Assembly (NCBI GenBank): GCA_003516025.1
Contig: CP023991.1
Span: 931,374 to 963,373 of the forward strand
Direction: 5' to 3'
DNA from: Candidatus Saccharimonadota bacterium
GTDB taxonomy: Bacteria > Patescibacteriota > Saccharimonadia > Saccharimonadales > UBA4665
DNA length: 32,000 nt
In this document: positions 1 through 7,692 of the stretch, in pieces
Layout of the letters: each line of letters starts with the position of its first letter
Position numbering within the stretch: the stretch's first letter is position 1
Position numbers and translations under genes: made by a program
The notes under the pieces: model-generated
Database searches by the model: none
What the model was told of the DNA's origin: nothing
The model's input: only the letters and a program-made list of their open reading frames with translations

Positions 1-173
1 TGAACCGCTCCCAGTATGCGTGATACGTCGCTGCGGCGTGAGGTGTTGCGTGAGTTGCGCTGCAGGGCTGGTACGGCCAGGAATACGATCAACATGATCA
101 AACCGGCGATGGCCAACACGATCAGGACTTCGATGATCGTGAAACCCTTGTTAGTTTTAATGTTTTTCAGCAT
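1..173 (-). CDS. Type IV pilin paralogue, N-terminal part only (3' end lies beyond the left edge)
   Basis: Minus-strand ATG at 171-173, preceded by GAGGAAGG. Translation is MLKNIKTNKG/FTIIEVLIVLAIAGLIMLIVFLAVPALQRNSRNTSRRSDVSRILGAV. This has a short basic leader, Gly-1/Phe+1/Glu+5 and a hydrophobic alpha1-N helix, which together form a class III (prepilin) signal. Confidence 0.8.
   Translation of the reverse strand, partial: MLKNIKTNKGFTIIEVLIVLAIAGLIMLIVFLAVPALQRNSRNTSRRSDVSRILGAV
18..159. repeat. Copy 1 of a 142-bp perfect direct repeat (5' coding block of the pilin genes)
   Basis: Base-by-base comparison shows 18-159 is identical to 556-697 (offset 538). Identity breaks at 17/555 and 160/698. 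Confidence 0.95.
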
Positions 174-204
174 ATACATCCTTCCTCTTCTTCCTTTATA
201 AGGG

Positions 205-232
205 AAAGGCCCTCAAACCAGTGAGGGCCTTT
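205..232 (-). terminator. Perfect 11-bp stem-loop between the two pilin genes; possible attenuating terminator or 3' stabiliser
   Basis: AAAGGCCCTCA (205-215) pairs perfectly with TGAGGGCCTTT (222-232) around a 6-nt loop. It sits 27 nt after the pilin stop codon. No U-tract follows on the transcribed strand, so it is not a canonical intrinsic terminator. Confidence 0.4.
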
Positions 233-258
233 ACGCGCACATTACTTCTATCTACTAA

Positions 259-711
259 CTAGCTGTTGACGCACTGCTTCGTCGTACCAGGTTCAACGGC
301 GAAGATCACTGCAACCTGTCGGCTGGTAGCCCCGGTTTTAGTTGCCAGACCGTCATCACAAGTGGACCCCAGGTAAATCGCAATAGTATCAGTATTAGCA
401 GCGCCCGTAGCGGTAGTAGGAGCAGCGTTAACACTTGCGATAGACGTGTAGTAACCGAGCGTTCCAGCCGCATCTTTTACCTTATCTACAGTAATTGCAG
501 CGGTGGTAACCGCACCATTGCTGTTAGCCGATACTTCTTGTACGGCTCCCAACACGCGTGATACGTCGCTGCGGCGTGAGGTGTTGCGTGAGTTGCGCTG
601 CAGGGCTGGTACGGCCAGGAATACGATCAACATGATCAAACCGGCGATGGCCAACACGATCAGGACTTCGATGATCGTGAAACCCTTGTTAGTTTTAGTA
701 TTCTTTAGCAT
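259..711 (-). CDS. pilA: Type IVa-like major pilin (150 aa)
   Basis: Start set at ATG 709-711 (residue 25 of the 259..783 ORF), with AAAGGGGG 8 nt upstream. The N-terminus is MLKNTKTNKG/FTIIEVLIVLAIAGLI (prepilin signal). The C-terminal region has a Cys...Cys pair (STCDDG...KQCVNS) typical of the pilin D-region. It is the last full gene of the pilMNO-BTC cluster. Confidence 0.9.
   Translation of the reverse strand: MLKNTKTNKGFTIIEVLIVLAIAGLIMLIVFLAVPALQRNSRNTSRRSDVSRVLGAVQEVSANSNGAVTTAAITVDKVKDAAGTLGYYTSIASVNAAPTTATGAANTDTIAIYLGSTCDDGLATKTGATSRQVAVIFAVEPGTTKQCVNS
556..697. repeat. Copy 2 of the 142-bp perfect direct repeat
   Basis: Identical to 18-159. Confidence 0.95.
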
Positions 712-754
712 TGCAAATGCCCCCTTTGCGTAATTTTTAGTGCTTATGTTTTGC

Positions 755-783
755 ATAATAGCCCATTGCTGTTTAAAACACAA
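755..783 (-). promoter_or_regulatory. Candidate sigma70-type promoter for the pilin gene
   Basis: The minus strand reads TTGTGT (778-783), a 17-nt spacer, then TATTAT (755-760). It lies in the pilC-pilin intergenic gap. Confidence 0.35.
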
Positions 784-806
784 GCTTTTTGACTACTGGC
801 GCGAGG

Positions 807-2015
807 CTAGAACGAATTGCCTGCCAGGCTATATACCGGTAACAGCACGGCCGCCACGATCACAAGAGCGACAGCGCCGAGCAATACCATCATCACCGGT
901 TCGATGATGGTCTGAACGTTCTTAATTTGGTTATCGACTTCTTTTTCATAATATGTAGCCGTCTTATCCAGCATCTGTTCCATAGAGCCCGACTGCTCAC
1001 CGATACGGAGCATGTTCGGAACTAATTCGAGGAAGTTTGGGTCGCCTTCCAGAGCGTCAGCCAGTGACTTACCGCCACGGACCTTCTCAATGGCTTTATC
1101 AACCGAGCCGCTAATATGCACATTGCTTACAGCATCTCCGGTAATTTCCAACATCTGGATCAGCGGCACACCGCTTGATACCAGTGTTGAACCGGTACGC
1201 GAGAAGCGGGCCATATACATCTTATTAAACAAATCACCGACGAGTGGAGCACGCATTTTTACCCGGTCGAGTACTTCTGTACCGGCAGCGGTACGAGTCC
1301 ATTTAACTACCGAGAATCCGATGATACCGACTACGAGTATCGCTGCCCACCAGAACTTAATGATAGCCTGCGACAGCGCCAGCAGCACTTTGGTTACCAG
1401 TGGCAAGTCAGCGCCCGGGAAGCCATCGTATAGAACCTGCACCTGTGGCAGCACTTTAACGAGCATGAAGCTGATCACTGCGAGCATCACCAGCACGACA
1501 ATCACCGGATACACCATAGCACCACGCACCTTGCTGACAATGTCAGCGTCTTTTTCCTGCTGGTCGGCCAACCGCTGTAGCGAGCCGTCAAGCGTACCGG
1601 AGGCCTCGCCGGCCGCGACCATACTGATATAGACATTGTTGAATATCTTGGGGTGCCGGCCCATAGCGACAGATAACGGCGCCCCGCCCTCTACCGCGGC
1701 GATCACTTCATTCACGACGGACTTCAGTGTCTTGTTGCTGGTCTGGCCGTTAACATTGCGCAAACTTTGCAGCAACGGCAAACCGGCGTCAATCAAGGTC
1801 GAGAGCTGGCGTGAAAACAGAATTTTATCCTTAGTGGGAACCCGGTGAAGCCGGGCACTTAATCCGCCGCTATGCTCGTCTTTGGTCAGGTCAAGTACAA
1901 CTAGGCCTTCCTTGCGGATCAGCTGAGCAGCCATCTTTTCGCTTTCGGCCTGAACGTTCGACTTGATGCGTTCACCCGTTTTCGGGTTACGGGCAGTATA
2001 TTGGTACGTTAGCAT
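807..2015 (-). CDS. pilC: Type IV pilus platform protein PilC (GspF family, polytopic membrane)
   Basis: 402 aa with the duplicated GspF-type architecture (FSRQLSTLIDAGLPLLQSL and FSRTGSTLVSSGVPLIQML repeats) and three hydrophobic segments. It starts 2 nt after the pilT stop codon. Confidence 0.93.
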   Translation of the reverse strand: MLTYQYTARNPKTGERIKSNVQAESEKMAAQLIRKEGLVVLDLTKDEHSGGLSARLHRVPTKDKILFSRQLSTLIDAGLPLLQSLRNVNGQTSNKTLKSVVNEVIAAVEGGAPLSVAMGRHPKIFNNVYISMVAAGEASGTLDGSLQRLADQQEKDADIVSKVRGAMVYPVIVVLVMLAVISFMLVKVLPQVQVLYDGFPGADLPLVTKVLLALSQAIIKFWWAAILVVGIIGFSVVKWTRTAAGTEVLDRVKMRAPLVGDLFNKMYMARFSRTGSTLVSSGVPLIQMLEITGDAVSNVHISGSVDKAIEKVRGGKSLADALEGDPNFLELVPNMLRIGEQSGSMEQMLDKTATYYEKEVDNQIKNVQTIIEPVMMVLLGAVALVIVAAVLLPVYSLAGNSF

Positions 2016-2017
2016 TA

Positions 2018-3085
2018 TTAACTCCGCATTAACCTATCTAATTCATCAATATCGACAGCGTAGTTACGGGCCTCATCATACGTAATCGTTCCGGCGTGAA
2101 TGAGCGATACTAGCGTCTTGTCCATGCTTTGCATGCCAAACTCCGCGCCGGTCTGAATAACCGCGTCCAGCTGATGGGTCTTGCCCTCACGGATAATGTT
2201 TCGCACAGCTGGTGTCGCCACCATAATTTCAGCCGCCGCGATCCGGCCGCCGCCGATAGTTGGCACGAGGCGCTGCGAAACAATCGCCGCCAAAATGTTA
2301 GACAGCTGGGAACGTACCTGAGGCTGCTGGTGCGGCGGGAAGACGTCGATCATGCGGTCGATACTCTGAGCAGCACTGTTAGTGTGGAGAGTCGCGAAAA
2401 CCAGGTGTCCGGTTTCAGCAATGGTAATAGCCGAGGCGATAGTTTCCAGGTCACGCATTTCTCCCACCAGGACGACGTCCGGGTCTTCACGGAGGGCGCT
2501 GCGCAGCGCCGCGCTGAATGAATAGGTGTCGTAGTGTACTTCACGCTGCACAATCACTGATTTGTGTGATTTATGGGTGTACTCAATCGGGTCTTCAATA
2601 GTTAGGATATGGTCGGCGCGTTCCTGGTTGATCTTATTAACCATGGCTGCCAGCGTGGTTGATTTACCGGAACCGGTCGGACCGGTCACCAGGACCAGGC
2701 CGCGGGGATAGTCAGCGAACTTATTAACTACCTGCGGCAGGCCGAGCTGCTCGATGGTTAAAATGTCATTATTGATAAGGCGAAGGGCGGCGGCCAGATT
2801 ACCGCGTTCATGGAAGGCATTGACGCGGAAACGGCCCATATCGCCGAAGGCGAAGCTGAAGTCGAATTCCTTGTCTTTAAGAAGAATTTGTTTCTGATCC
2901 TCGTCCAGTAAGGCGAAGATGAGGGTTTCAACCACATCGTCACTCAGCGGATCGGCGTTTGGCAATGGCGCCAGCTTTCCGTCGATACGAAGCATCGGTG
3001 GCAGTCCGGCCTGCAAGTGAAGGTCAGACGCCTTCCGCTTGATAACTTCTTCGAGCAGTACTTCTATTCGGGGTACGCCTGCCAT
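2018..3085 (-). CDS. pilT: Twitching-motility retraction ATPase PilT
   Basis: 355 aa. Contains Walker A GPTGSGKSTT, Asp box/Walker B VVLVGEMRD and His box ETGHLVFATLHT. The size and the N-terminus (ASDLHL) are typical of PilT rather than PilB. Confidence 0.9.
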   Translation of the reverse strand: MAGVPRIEVLLEEVIKRKASDLHLQAGLPPMLRIDGKLAPLPNADPLSDDVVETLIFALLDEDQKQILLKDKEFDFSFAFGDMGRFRVNAFHERGNLAAALRLINNDILTIEQLGLPQVVNKFADYPRGLVLVTGPTGSGKSTTLAAMVNKINQERADHILTIEDPIEYTHKSHKSVIVQREVHYDTYSFSAALRSALREDPDVVLVGEMRDLETIASAITIAETGHLVFATLHTNSAAQSIDRMIDVFPPHQQPQVRSQLSNILAAIVSQRLVPTIGGGRIAAAEIMVATPAVRNIIREGKTHQLDAVIQTGAEFGMQSMDKTLVSLIHAGTITYDEARNYAVDIDELDRLMRS

Positions 3086-3147
3086 TACTGTGTTCTCGTT
3101 TCTCTAATGTTATGTCTCATAATTCCCACCTTCTTGTATTTAGACCC

Positions 3148-4959
3148 TTATGCGATATCCGTGGCTGCCACGCGGTTAACTTCGTTAACGGTCGTCCTCC
3201 CCGCCAAGGCCTTCAGGTAGCCGTCCTCACGCATGGTGACCATGCCCTGCTCCTGCGCGACCTTTTGGATCTCAGCGCTGGTAGCCCGTTTAAGGATGAG
3301 GTCCTGTATTTCTTCGGTAACACCGAAGACTTCGTAGATACCAACTCGGCCTTTGTAGCCACCAGGTGTAGCCGGGCTATCTTTGCCCTTGGTTAAAGTA
3401 TAAGCGTTATCCCCTATAAGTGGCAAGTCAGGATAACCCATATCATCGGCGAACTTCTTACGATCGGCTTCTTTTGTAGGCAAAAGTCCATTTAATGTCT
3501 TCTGGATGGCGTCGGTTTCGACCTTGTCGGACTGGTACGTTTCAGTATCCGAGCCAATACGGCGTACCAGGCGCTGGCCAATTACCGTATGCACGGTACT
3601 GGCGATCAGGAACGGCTCGATGCCCATGTCAAGCAGACGTGGCAAAATACCGGCGGCGCTGTTGGTGTGCAGCGTGCTGAAAACCAGGTGTCCGGTAAGG
3701 GCGGCCTGCACTGCCAATTCGGCAGTTTCCTTGTCGCGAATTTCTCCAACCATTACGATGTCGGGGTCCTGGCGCAAAATACTGCGCAAACCGGCCGAGA
3801 ACGTCAGGCCGACGTCGGCGTTTACCTGAATCTGGTTGATACCCGGCATTTTATACTCAACCGGATCTTCCAGTGTCACGATATTAACGGTGTCATCCTT
3901 CACCTCGCTGAGCAGGGCGTACAAACTGGTGGACTTACCGGAGCCGGTCGGTCCGGACGTCAGGATCATGCCGTTTGTCTGCTTAAGGCCTTCGCGGATA
4001 GTACGGAGGCTGCGGCCATGGTAGCCCATGTCTTCCAGCTTCAGGCTGGTACCGGATTTGTCAAGCAGACGGATGACCACCTGTTCGCCCCAAACAACCG
4101 GAGAAATAGCAATACGCAGGTCAATATCCTTGCCTGCGACATTAATACTGAACTCACCGTCCTGCGGTACGCGGTGCTCGTCGATCTTGAGGTTCGATAG
4201 AATTTTAATACGCGAAACCAGCGGCGGCTCAGTGCTCTTGGGCAATTTCATAATTTCGCGCAGCACGCCGTCAATACGGCAGCGGATCTTGAGACCATCC
4301 TGCAGCGGTTCGATATGGACGTCGGACGCGCTGTGGGTAGCAGCAAACTCAAGAATAGTCGATAACGCCTTGCTGATCGGCGAATCCTGAACGATAGTCT
4401 TAATATTTTTGTCAGCGGTAGCTACTTCCTGCTCCTTAGCATCACTAACCGCGCCGCCCTTAGCCGACAAGTCGCTATTGAGGGCACTAATGGCCCCGAC
4501 CACGTCATCGGCGATACTGGCTTGGTACTGCTTAAGTATTTGCCGGATGCCCTCTTCACTGGCGGCGTACACTTTGAGCGGCCGTCCGACTTTATTGCTC
4601 AGGAAGTCGACCGCCTGAACGTTATCGGCGTCGAGCATGGCGATCGCCAGCCGATGCTGCATTTCGCCGAGCGGCACAGCCATATAACGCTCAGCGATTT
4701 CCTGCGGCAGCAAGTCGAGTACGCTTTGTTCGACGTGAGCGGCGCTCAGATTAACATAAGGTACCTTATTCACATGGGCGACAACTTTAGTCAGCTGCTC
4801 ATTACTGATATTGCCGTCACGTAACAATAGCCCGAAGAGAGGTGTTTTCTCGTTTTCGGCCTTAGTACGAAGTTCAGATAATTTCTCGGCAGTAACCGCG
4901 CCGGATGAAACTAACTCATCTTCAACCTGTTTCTGGGCAGCTGCTGATAATACATTCAT
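3148..4959 (-). CDS. pilB: Type IV pilus assembly (extension) ATPase PilB/GspE family
   Basis: 603 aa. Has an N-terminal T2SSE_N-like region, Walker A GPTGSGKSTS, IVMVGEIRD and TGHLVFSTLHTN. GGAGGCG SD upstream of the ATG. Confidence 0.93.
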   Translation of the reverse strand: MNVLSAAAQKQVEDELVSSGAVTAEKLSELRTKAENEKTPLFGLLLRDGNISNEQLTKVVAHVNKVPYVNLSAAHVEQSVLDLLPQEIAERYMAVPLGEMQHRLAIAMLDADNVQAVDFLSNKVGRPLKVYAASEEGIRQILKQYQASIADDVVGAISALNSDLSAKGGAVSDAKEQEVATADKNIKTIVQDSPISKALSTILEFAATHSASDVHIEPLQDGLKIRCRIDGVLREIMKLPKSTEPPLVSRIKILSNLKIDEHRVPQDGEFSINVAGKDIDLRIAISPVVWGEQVVIRLLDKSGTSLKLEDMGYHGRSLRTIREGLKQTNGMILTSGPTGSGKSTSLYALLSEVKDDTVNIVTLEDPVEYKMPGINQIQVNADVGLTFSAGLRSILRQDPDIVMVGEIRDKETAELAVQAALTGHLVFSTLHTNSAAGILPRLLDMGIEPFLIASTVHTVIGQRLVRRIGSDTETYQSDKVETDAIQKTLNGLLPTKEADRKKFADDMGYPDLPLIGDNAYTLTKGKDSPATPGGYKGRVGIYEVFGVTEEIQDLILKRATSAEIQKVAQEQGMVTMREDGYLKALAGRTTVNEVNRVAATDIA

Positions 4960-4983
4960 GGTTAGAACGCCTCCGTGAGGCTC

Positions 4984-5232
4984 TTATTGACCGCTTGTGA
5001 AAGGAGCGGCATTGGTTCCCTGGCCAATTTGAACTTGTTCGGTCGGGTCGATGGATGATTCGTTGAAATATTTGTTACTTGGACGGTTGAAATCAGTGGA
5101 GATAGCGTCGACGACTTCAGCCTGCACCTGACGGTTTTGAGGCTTGTTAAACAACAATCGTCCCGCGAAGAAGGATACGACACCACTAACGGCAACGATA
5201 ACAATGATAATCGCTATATCTTTTTGTTTCAT
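4984..5232 (-). CDS. 82-aa bitopic membrane protein of unknown function within the T4P operon
   Basis: N-terminal transmembrane helix (IAIIIVIVAVSGVVSFFAG) followed by a polar tail. Its ATG overlaps the pilO stop codon (ATGA at 5229-5232). It occupies the position that pilP holds in pilMNOP(Q) operons. Confidence 0.6.
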   Translation of the reverse strand: MKQKDIAIIIVIVAVSGVVSFFAGRLLFNKPQNRQVQAEVVDAISTDFNRPSNKYFNESSIDPTEQVQIGQGTNAAPFTSGQ

Positions 5233-5900
5233 TTCACTACCTTTTTCGTTATGTTCAGGGCCTTTTCCGGCTGGTAGAACGTCTGCGCGCTTATTGTCAT
5301 GGAAAGCTGCTGCTGATCACCGCTTATCTCAGTTTTCAGGATCTGAATAGGACGGATCGATTTTTCCATGGCGTTTACCAGGTTCTTGATCGAATCATAG
5401 CTGCCCTCGACCGTCAGTTCGAATGGAACGGCTACCGGCTCCGAGACTTTGCCGGCGCCAGTATCCTGAGCGACTTCATCGTCCGTGCCGCCCAAGCTCT
5501 TAATGCTCACGCCCTGGGTGGTAGCCAGTTTTTCCAGACTGGTCGCCAATGCCGGGAAGTCATACTTACTGGGCAAGGCGTCCAGAATAATTTTAGCGTT
5601 GTTGCCGTCGTTACCGGTACTTCCGGTTGAGCTGCCACCGATAATGTTCTGCGGCGTAGAGACAAATGCTTTATATGAAGTCACCAGACTGTCGCGGGCC
5701 TTTAAGTTTGTCTCCAGCTGCTTGACAGCGGTTTGCTTAACCCCGATAACTTTGTTCTGATACAACAATGTGCCGAACAGCGACACGGAAGCGACAATAC
5801 AGAAGACTACTACGAAAGCCGATACGCCCGTAACGGCAACGATGCGGCTGTTGGTCTTATCGACCCCTATTCTTTTGAGTGAAACTTGTGACTGAGCCAT
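5229..5900 (-). CDS. pilO: PilO-like inner-membrane alignment protein
   Basis: 223 aa with one N-terminal transmembrane helix, a coiled-coil segment (VKQLETNLKARDSL) and a C-terminal ferredoxin-like region (PFELTVEGSYDSIKNLVNAMEKSIRPI). It follows pilM-pilN in the operon. Confidence 0.75.
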   Translation of the reverse strand: MAQSQVSLKRIGVDKTNSRIVAVTGVSAFVVVFCIVASVSLFGTLLYQNKVIGVKQTAVKQLETNLKARDSLVTSYKAFVSTPQNIIGGSSTGSTGNDGNNAKIILDALPSKYDFPALATSLEKLATTQGVSIKSLGGTDDEVAQDTGAGKVSEPVAVPFELTVEGSYDSIKNLVNAMEKSIRPIQILKTEISGDQQQLSMTISAQTFYQPEKALNITKKVVK

Positions 5901-5908
5901 ACTATTTC

Positions 5909-6601
5909 CTAGTTATCGATTCTAACCGTACCGTCGGTACTGTTATTGGAGTTAAATATTTGCGAAGGTTGGTTGGTGACTGAATTGGTCGTGATTTGCT
6001 TAGGAACGACGAGGTCAAAACTGCTGCTGCTGCTAAAGATGATCGGATCGAAAGACAAAGTTATCGTGTAACTGGTAGCGTCATCACCACGGCCGAACGC
6101 GGACAGGACAACCGACGAAAAAGGCTTTACAGACGCGCCATCCGCGGTTTTAAACGTAGCGAACTTAAGACTGTCGGTGTACGTATTCACGCGGCTCAAG
6201 GCGCTGGCGCTGCCCGATATCTGGATAGTATTGGCGGCGAAGTCAGTTTCGTAATCACTAATACTGACGCTGACAGGCGTAGTCTGCTGAATAAGCTGGA
6301 AGATACGCGATGTCACGATTTTCTGATCATGCAACGGCCCGAGGGCAGCCATCTGATTCTGGATAGTCAAGATCTTATCGAGATCAGGAGTAGACTTCAA
6401 CTGGCCGCTATACTTGGCAATATCCTTATTCAAATCACTCATATGCTTCTTTTGGACGCCGTACACCACCAGGAACAGCAATAAGGTGATCGTTACAGTG
6501 GCAACGGTGGCGACCACAGCGGTTCCGACAACCATACGCTGCATGCGCTTAGCTTTGACGTATTCAATCTTTACATCGGGAAGTAGGTTAAACTGCAACA
6601 T
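5909..6601 (-). CDS. pilN: PilN-like protein
   Basis: 230 aa. N-terminal FNLLP motif (the PilM-binding peptide of PilN proteins), then a transmembrane helix, then a periplasmic-type domain. It directly abuts the pilM stop codon. Confidence 0.8.
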   Translation of the reverse strand: MLQFNLLPDVKIEYVKAKRMQRMVVGTAVVATVATVTITLLLFLVVYGVQKKHMSDLNKDIAKYSGQLKSTPDLDKILTIQNQMAALGPLHDQKIVTSRIFQLIQQTTPVSVSISDYETDFAANTIQISGSASALSRVNTYTDSLKFATFKTADGASVKPFSSVVLSAFGRGDDATSYTITLSFDPIIFSSSSSFDLVVPKQITTNSVTNQPSQIFNSNNSTDGTVRIDN

Positions 6602-7642
6602 TTATTCGTCCCTCTCCGCCAGCCCCGCGGCGACACCAAACTGGTTCGACAAGGCAGCGAGCTCGTTTTGGCGATCTGAGGCGTAGGCGATATTACGCCA
6701 GGCATTTCCAATCTCGACATTCATGCCGAACTTATTAGCCACATACAGCGGAAACTCCGGCAATGTCGAGGCGCCACCGGTTACGATCAGGCGGTCAAGT
6801 TTAGTACCAGGATAACGGCCTTCGAAAAATTTTACCGACTTGTCAATTTCGCCCGTAAGCACGTCGATAGTTCCAATAATCGCCTGGTAAACCTGCCCTT
6901 CGAGCTTGTCCTTGCTCATACCGAACTTGGATACGAACTGCTGGGCCTGTTTTTCATCAACATTCAGGTTCTGGGAAGCTGATCGAACGATAGTATCCAT
7001 ACCGGTTGGGATAGCACGGCTCAAGCGGGGAGCGCCATTCATAGTAACGATGATATCGGTACTGGCATGACCCATGTCGACAACGATTTGCGGAGTGCCG
7101 ACGTCAGATGGCAATAAGGCCCGTACCAGGGCCAGGTTGTCCGGCTCAAAAGCGATAACGTTCAAGCCGATTTCTTCCAGCATATCGAGACGCTGCTCGA
7201 TAAAGTTATTCGCCACACTGGACAGGACAATTTCCAGCTTACCCTGCTCTTTTGGTGAATCACCAATCAGTGCCCAGTCTATCTTGGACTCTTCAACTGG
7301 TGTCGGAATCAGCGAATCCGCCTGATAGTGGATCGACTTGCTCAATTCATTGTTAGGAACTTTGTCGATGTCAGCAATCGTCGTAAAGACCTTCAACGAA
7401 GGCAAGCCGACAGCTACGTTACGAGTCATTATTTTAGACTCATTAATCAACTCGTTGATAGCCGATGCCAGCTTTTGCTGGTCAGCCTTGGCGTCACTTA
7501 ACGCGACTCTGGTATCGATAGGGATATACCCGTATTTAACCAAAGATTTTTGCGGTCCGTTACCGCGCAACTGTACGAGCCTGACAGCGGTTGTGCCGAT
7601 GTCTAAGCCGAAAAATTCTGATACCCCACTCAGTAAACTCAT
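6602..7642 (-). CDS. pilM: PilM, actin-like ATPase-fold pilus assembly protein
   Basis: 346 aa. Has the FGLDIGTTAVRLVQL phosphate-1 motif and an actin/HSP70-fold pattern (VVDMGHASTDI, VTGGAS). It is the first gene of the pilMNO block. Confidence 0.9.
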   Translation of the reverse strand: MSLLSGVSEFFGLDIGTTAVRLVQLRGNGPQKSLVKYGYIPIDTRVALSDAKADQQKLASAINELINESKIMTRNVAVGLPSLKVFTTIADIDKVPNNELSKSIHYQADSLIPTPVEESKIDWALIGDSPKEQGKLEIVLSSVANNFIEQRLDMLEEIGLNVIAFEPDNLALVRALLPSDVGTPQIVVDMGHASTDIIVTMNGAPRLSRAIPTGMDTIVRSASQNLNVDEKQAQQFVSKFGMSKDKLEGQVYQAIIGTIDVLTGEIDKSVKFFEGRYPGTKLDRLIVTGGASTLPEFPLYVANKFGMNVEIGNAWRNIAYASDRQNELAALSNQFGVAAGLAERDE

Positions 7643-7652
7643 GTTAATCCTG

Positions 7653-7683
7653 ATTATAGCATAAGCATAACTATGCTTAGCAA
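7653..7683 (-). promoter_or_regulatory. Candidate pilM promoter with an embedded perfect palindrome
   Basis: The minus strand reads TTGCTA (7678-7683), a long 19-nt spacer, TATAAT (7653-7658), 10 nt, then ATG. The spacer contains TAAGCATA-NN-TATGCTTA (7662-7679), which has 8-bp perfect arms. Confidence 0.35.
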
Positions 7684-7692
7684 GTTTTTTAT

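Noticed and set aside
18-697. The pilin repeat as a diversity-generating retroelement template/variable repeat pair, or as a mobile-element terminal repeat
   Set aside because: The copies are 100% identical, with no adenine-specific mismatches. No reverse transcriptase or transposase is present in the window. The repeat is in-frame coding sequence of two paralogues.
16-733. Plus-strand ORFs 16..201 and 503..733 (MRDTSLRREVLRELRCRAG...)
   Set aside because: They are the antisense strand of the pilin N-terminal coding block. The minus strand encodes a textbook prepilin signal with an SD, and the two plus-strand ORFs look alike only because of the 142-bp repeat.
712-783. A longer pilin start (MCFKQQWAIMQNISTKNYAKGAFA...) at 783
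   Set aside because: Prepilin leaders are short and basic. ATG 711 gives MLKNTKTNKG/F, has a GGGGG SD 8 nt upstream, and matches the paralogue's start.
4962-5204. ORF 4962..5204 (80 aa) overlapping the 82-aa bitopic gene in another frame
   Set aside because: The alternative frame 4984..5232 has a clean transmembrane helix and is translationally coupled to pilO through ATGA. The 80-aa frame has no start context.
7661-7679. The AAGCATA/TATGCTT heptamer recurring in several upstream regions (7662-7679, 10529-10535, 19339-19345, 23666-23672) as a shared regulatory motif
   Set aside because: Scanning by eye, I also found it inside coding regions (about 6442, 10022, 12965 and 29073), for roughly 9 hits against about 4 expected for a random 7-mer on both strands. 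It is AT-rich and partly coincides with CATAAT -10-like hexamers. The enrichment is not convincing without a genome-wide test.
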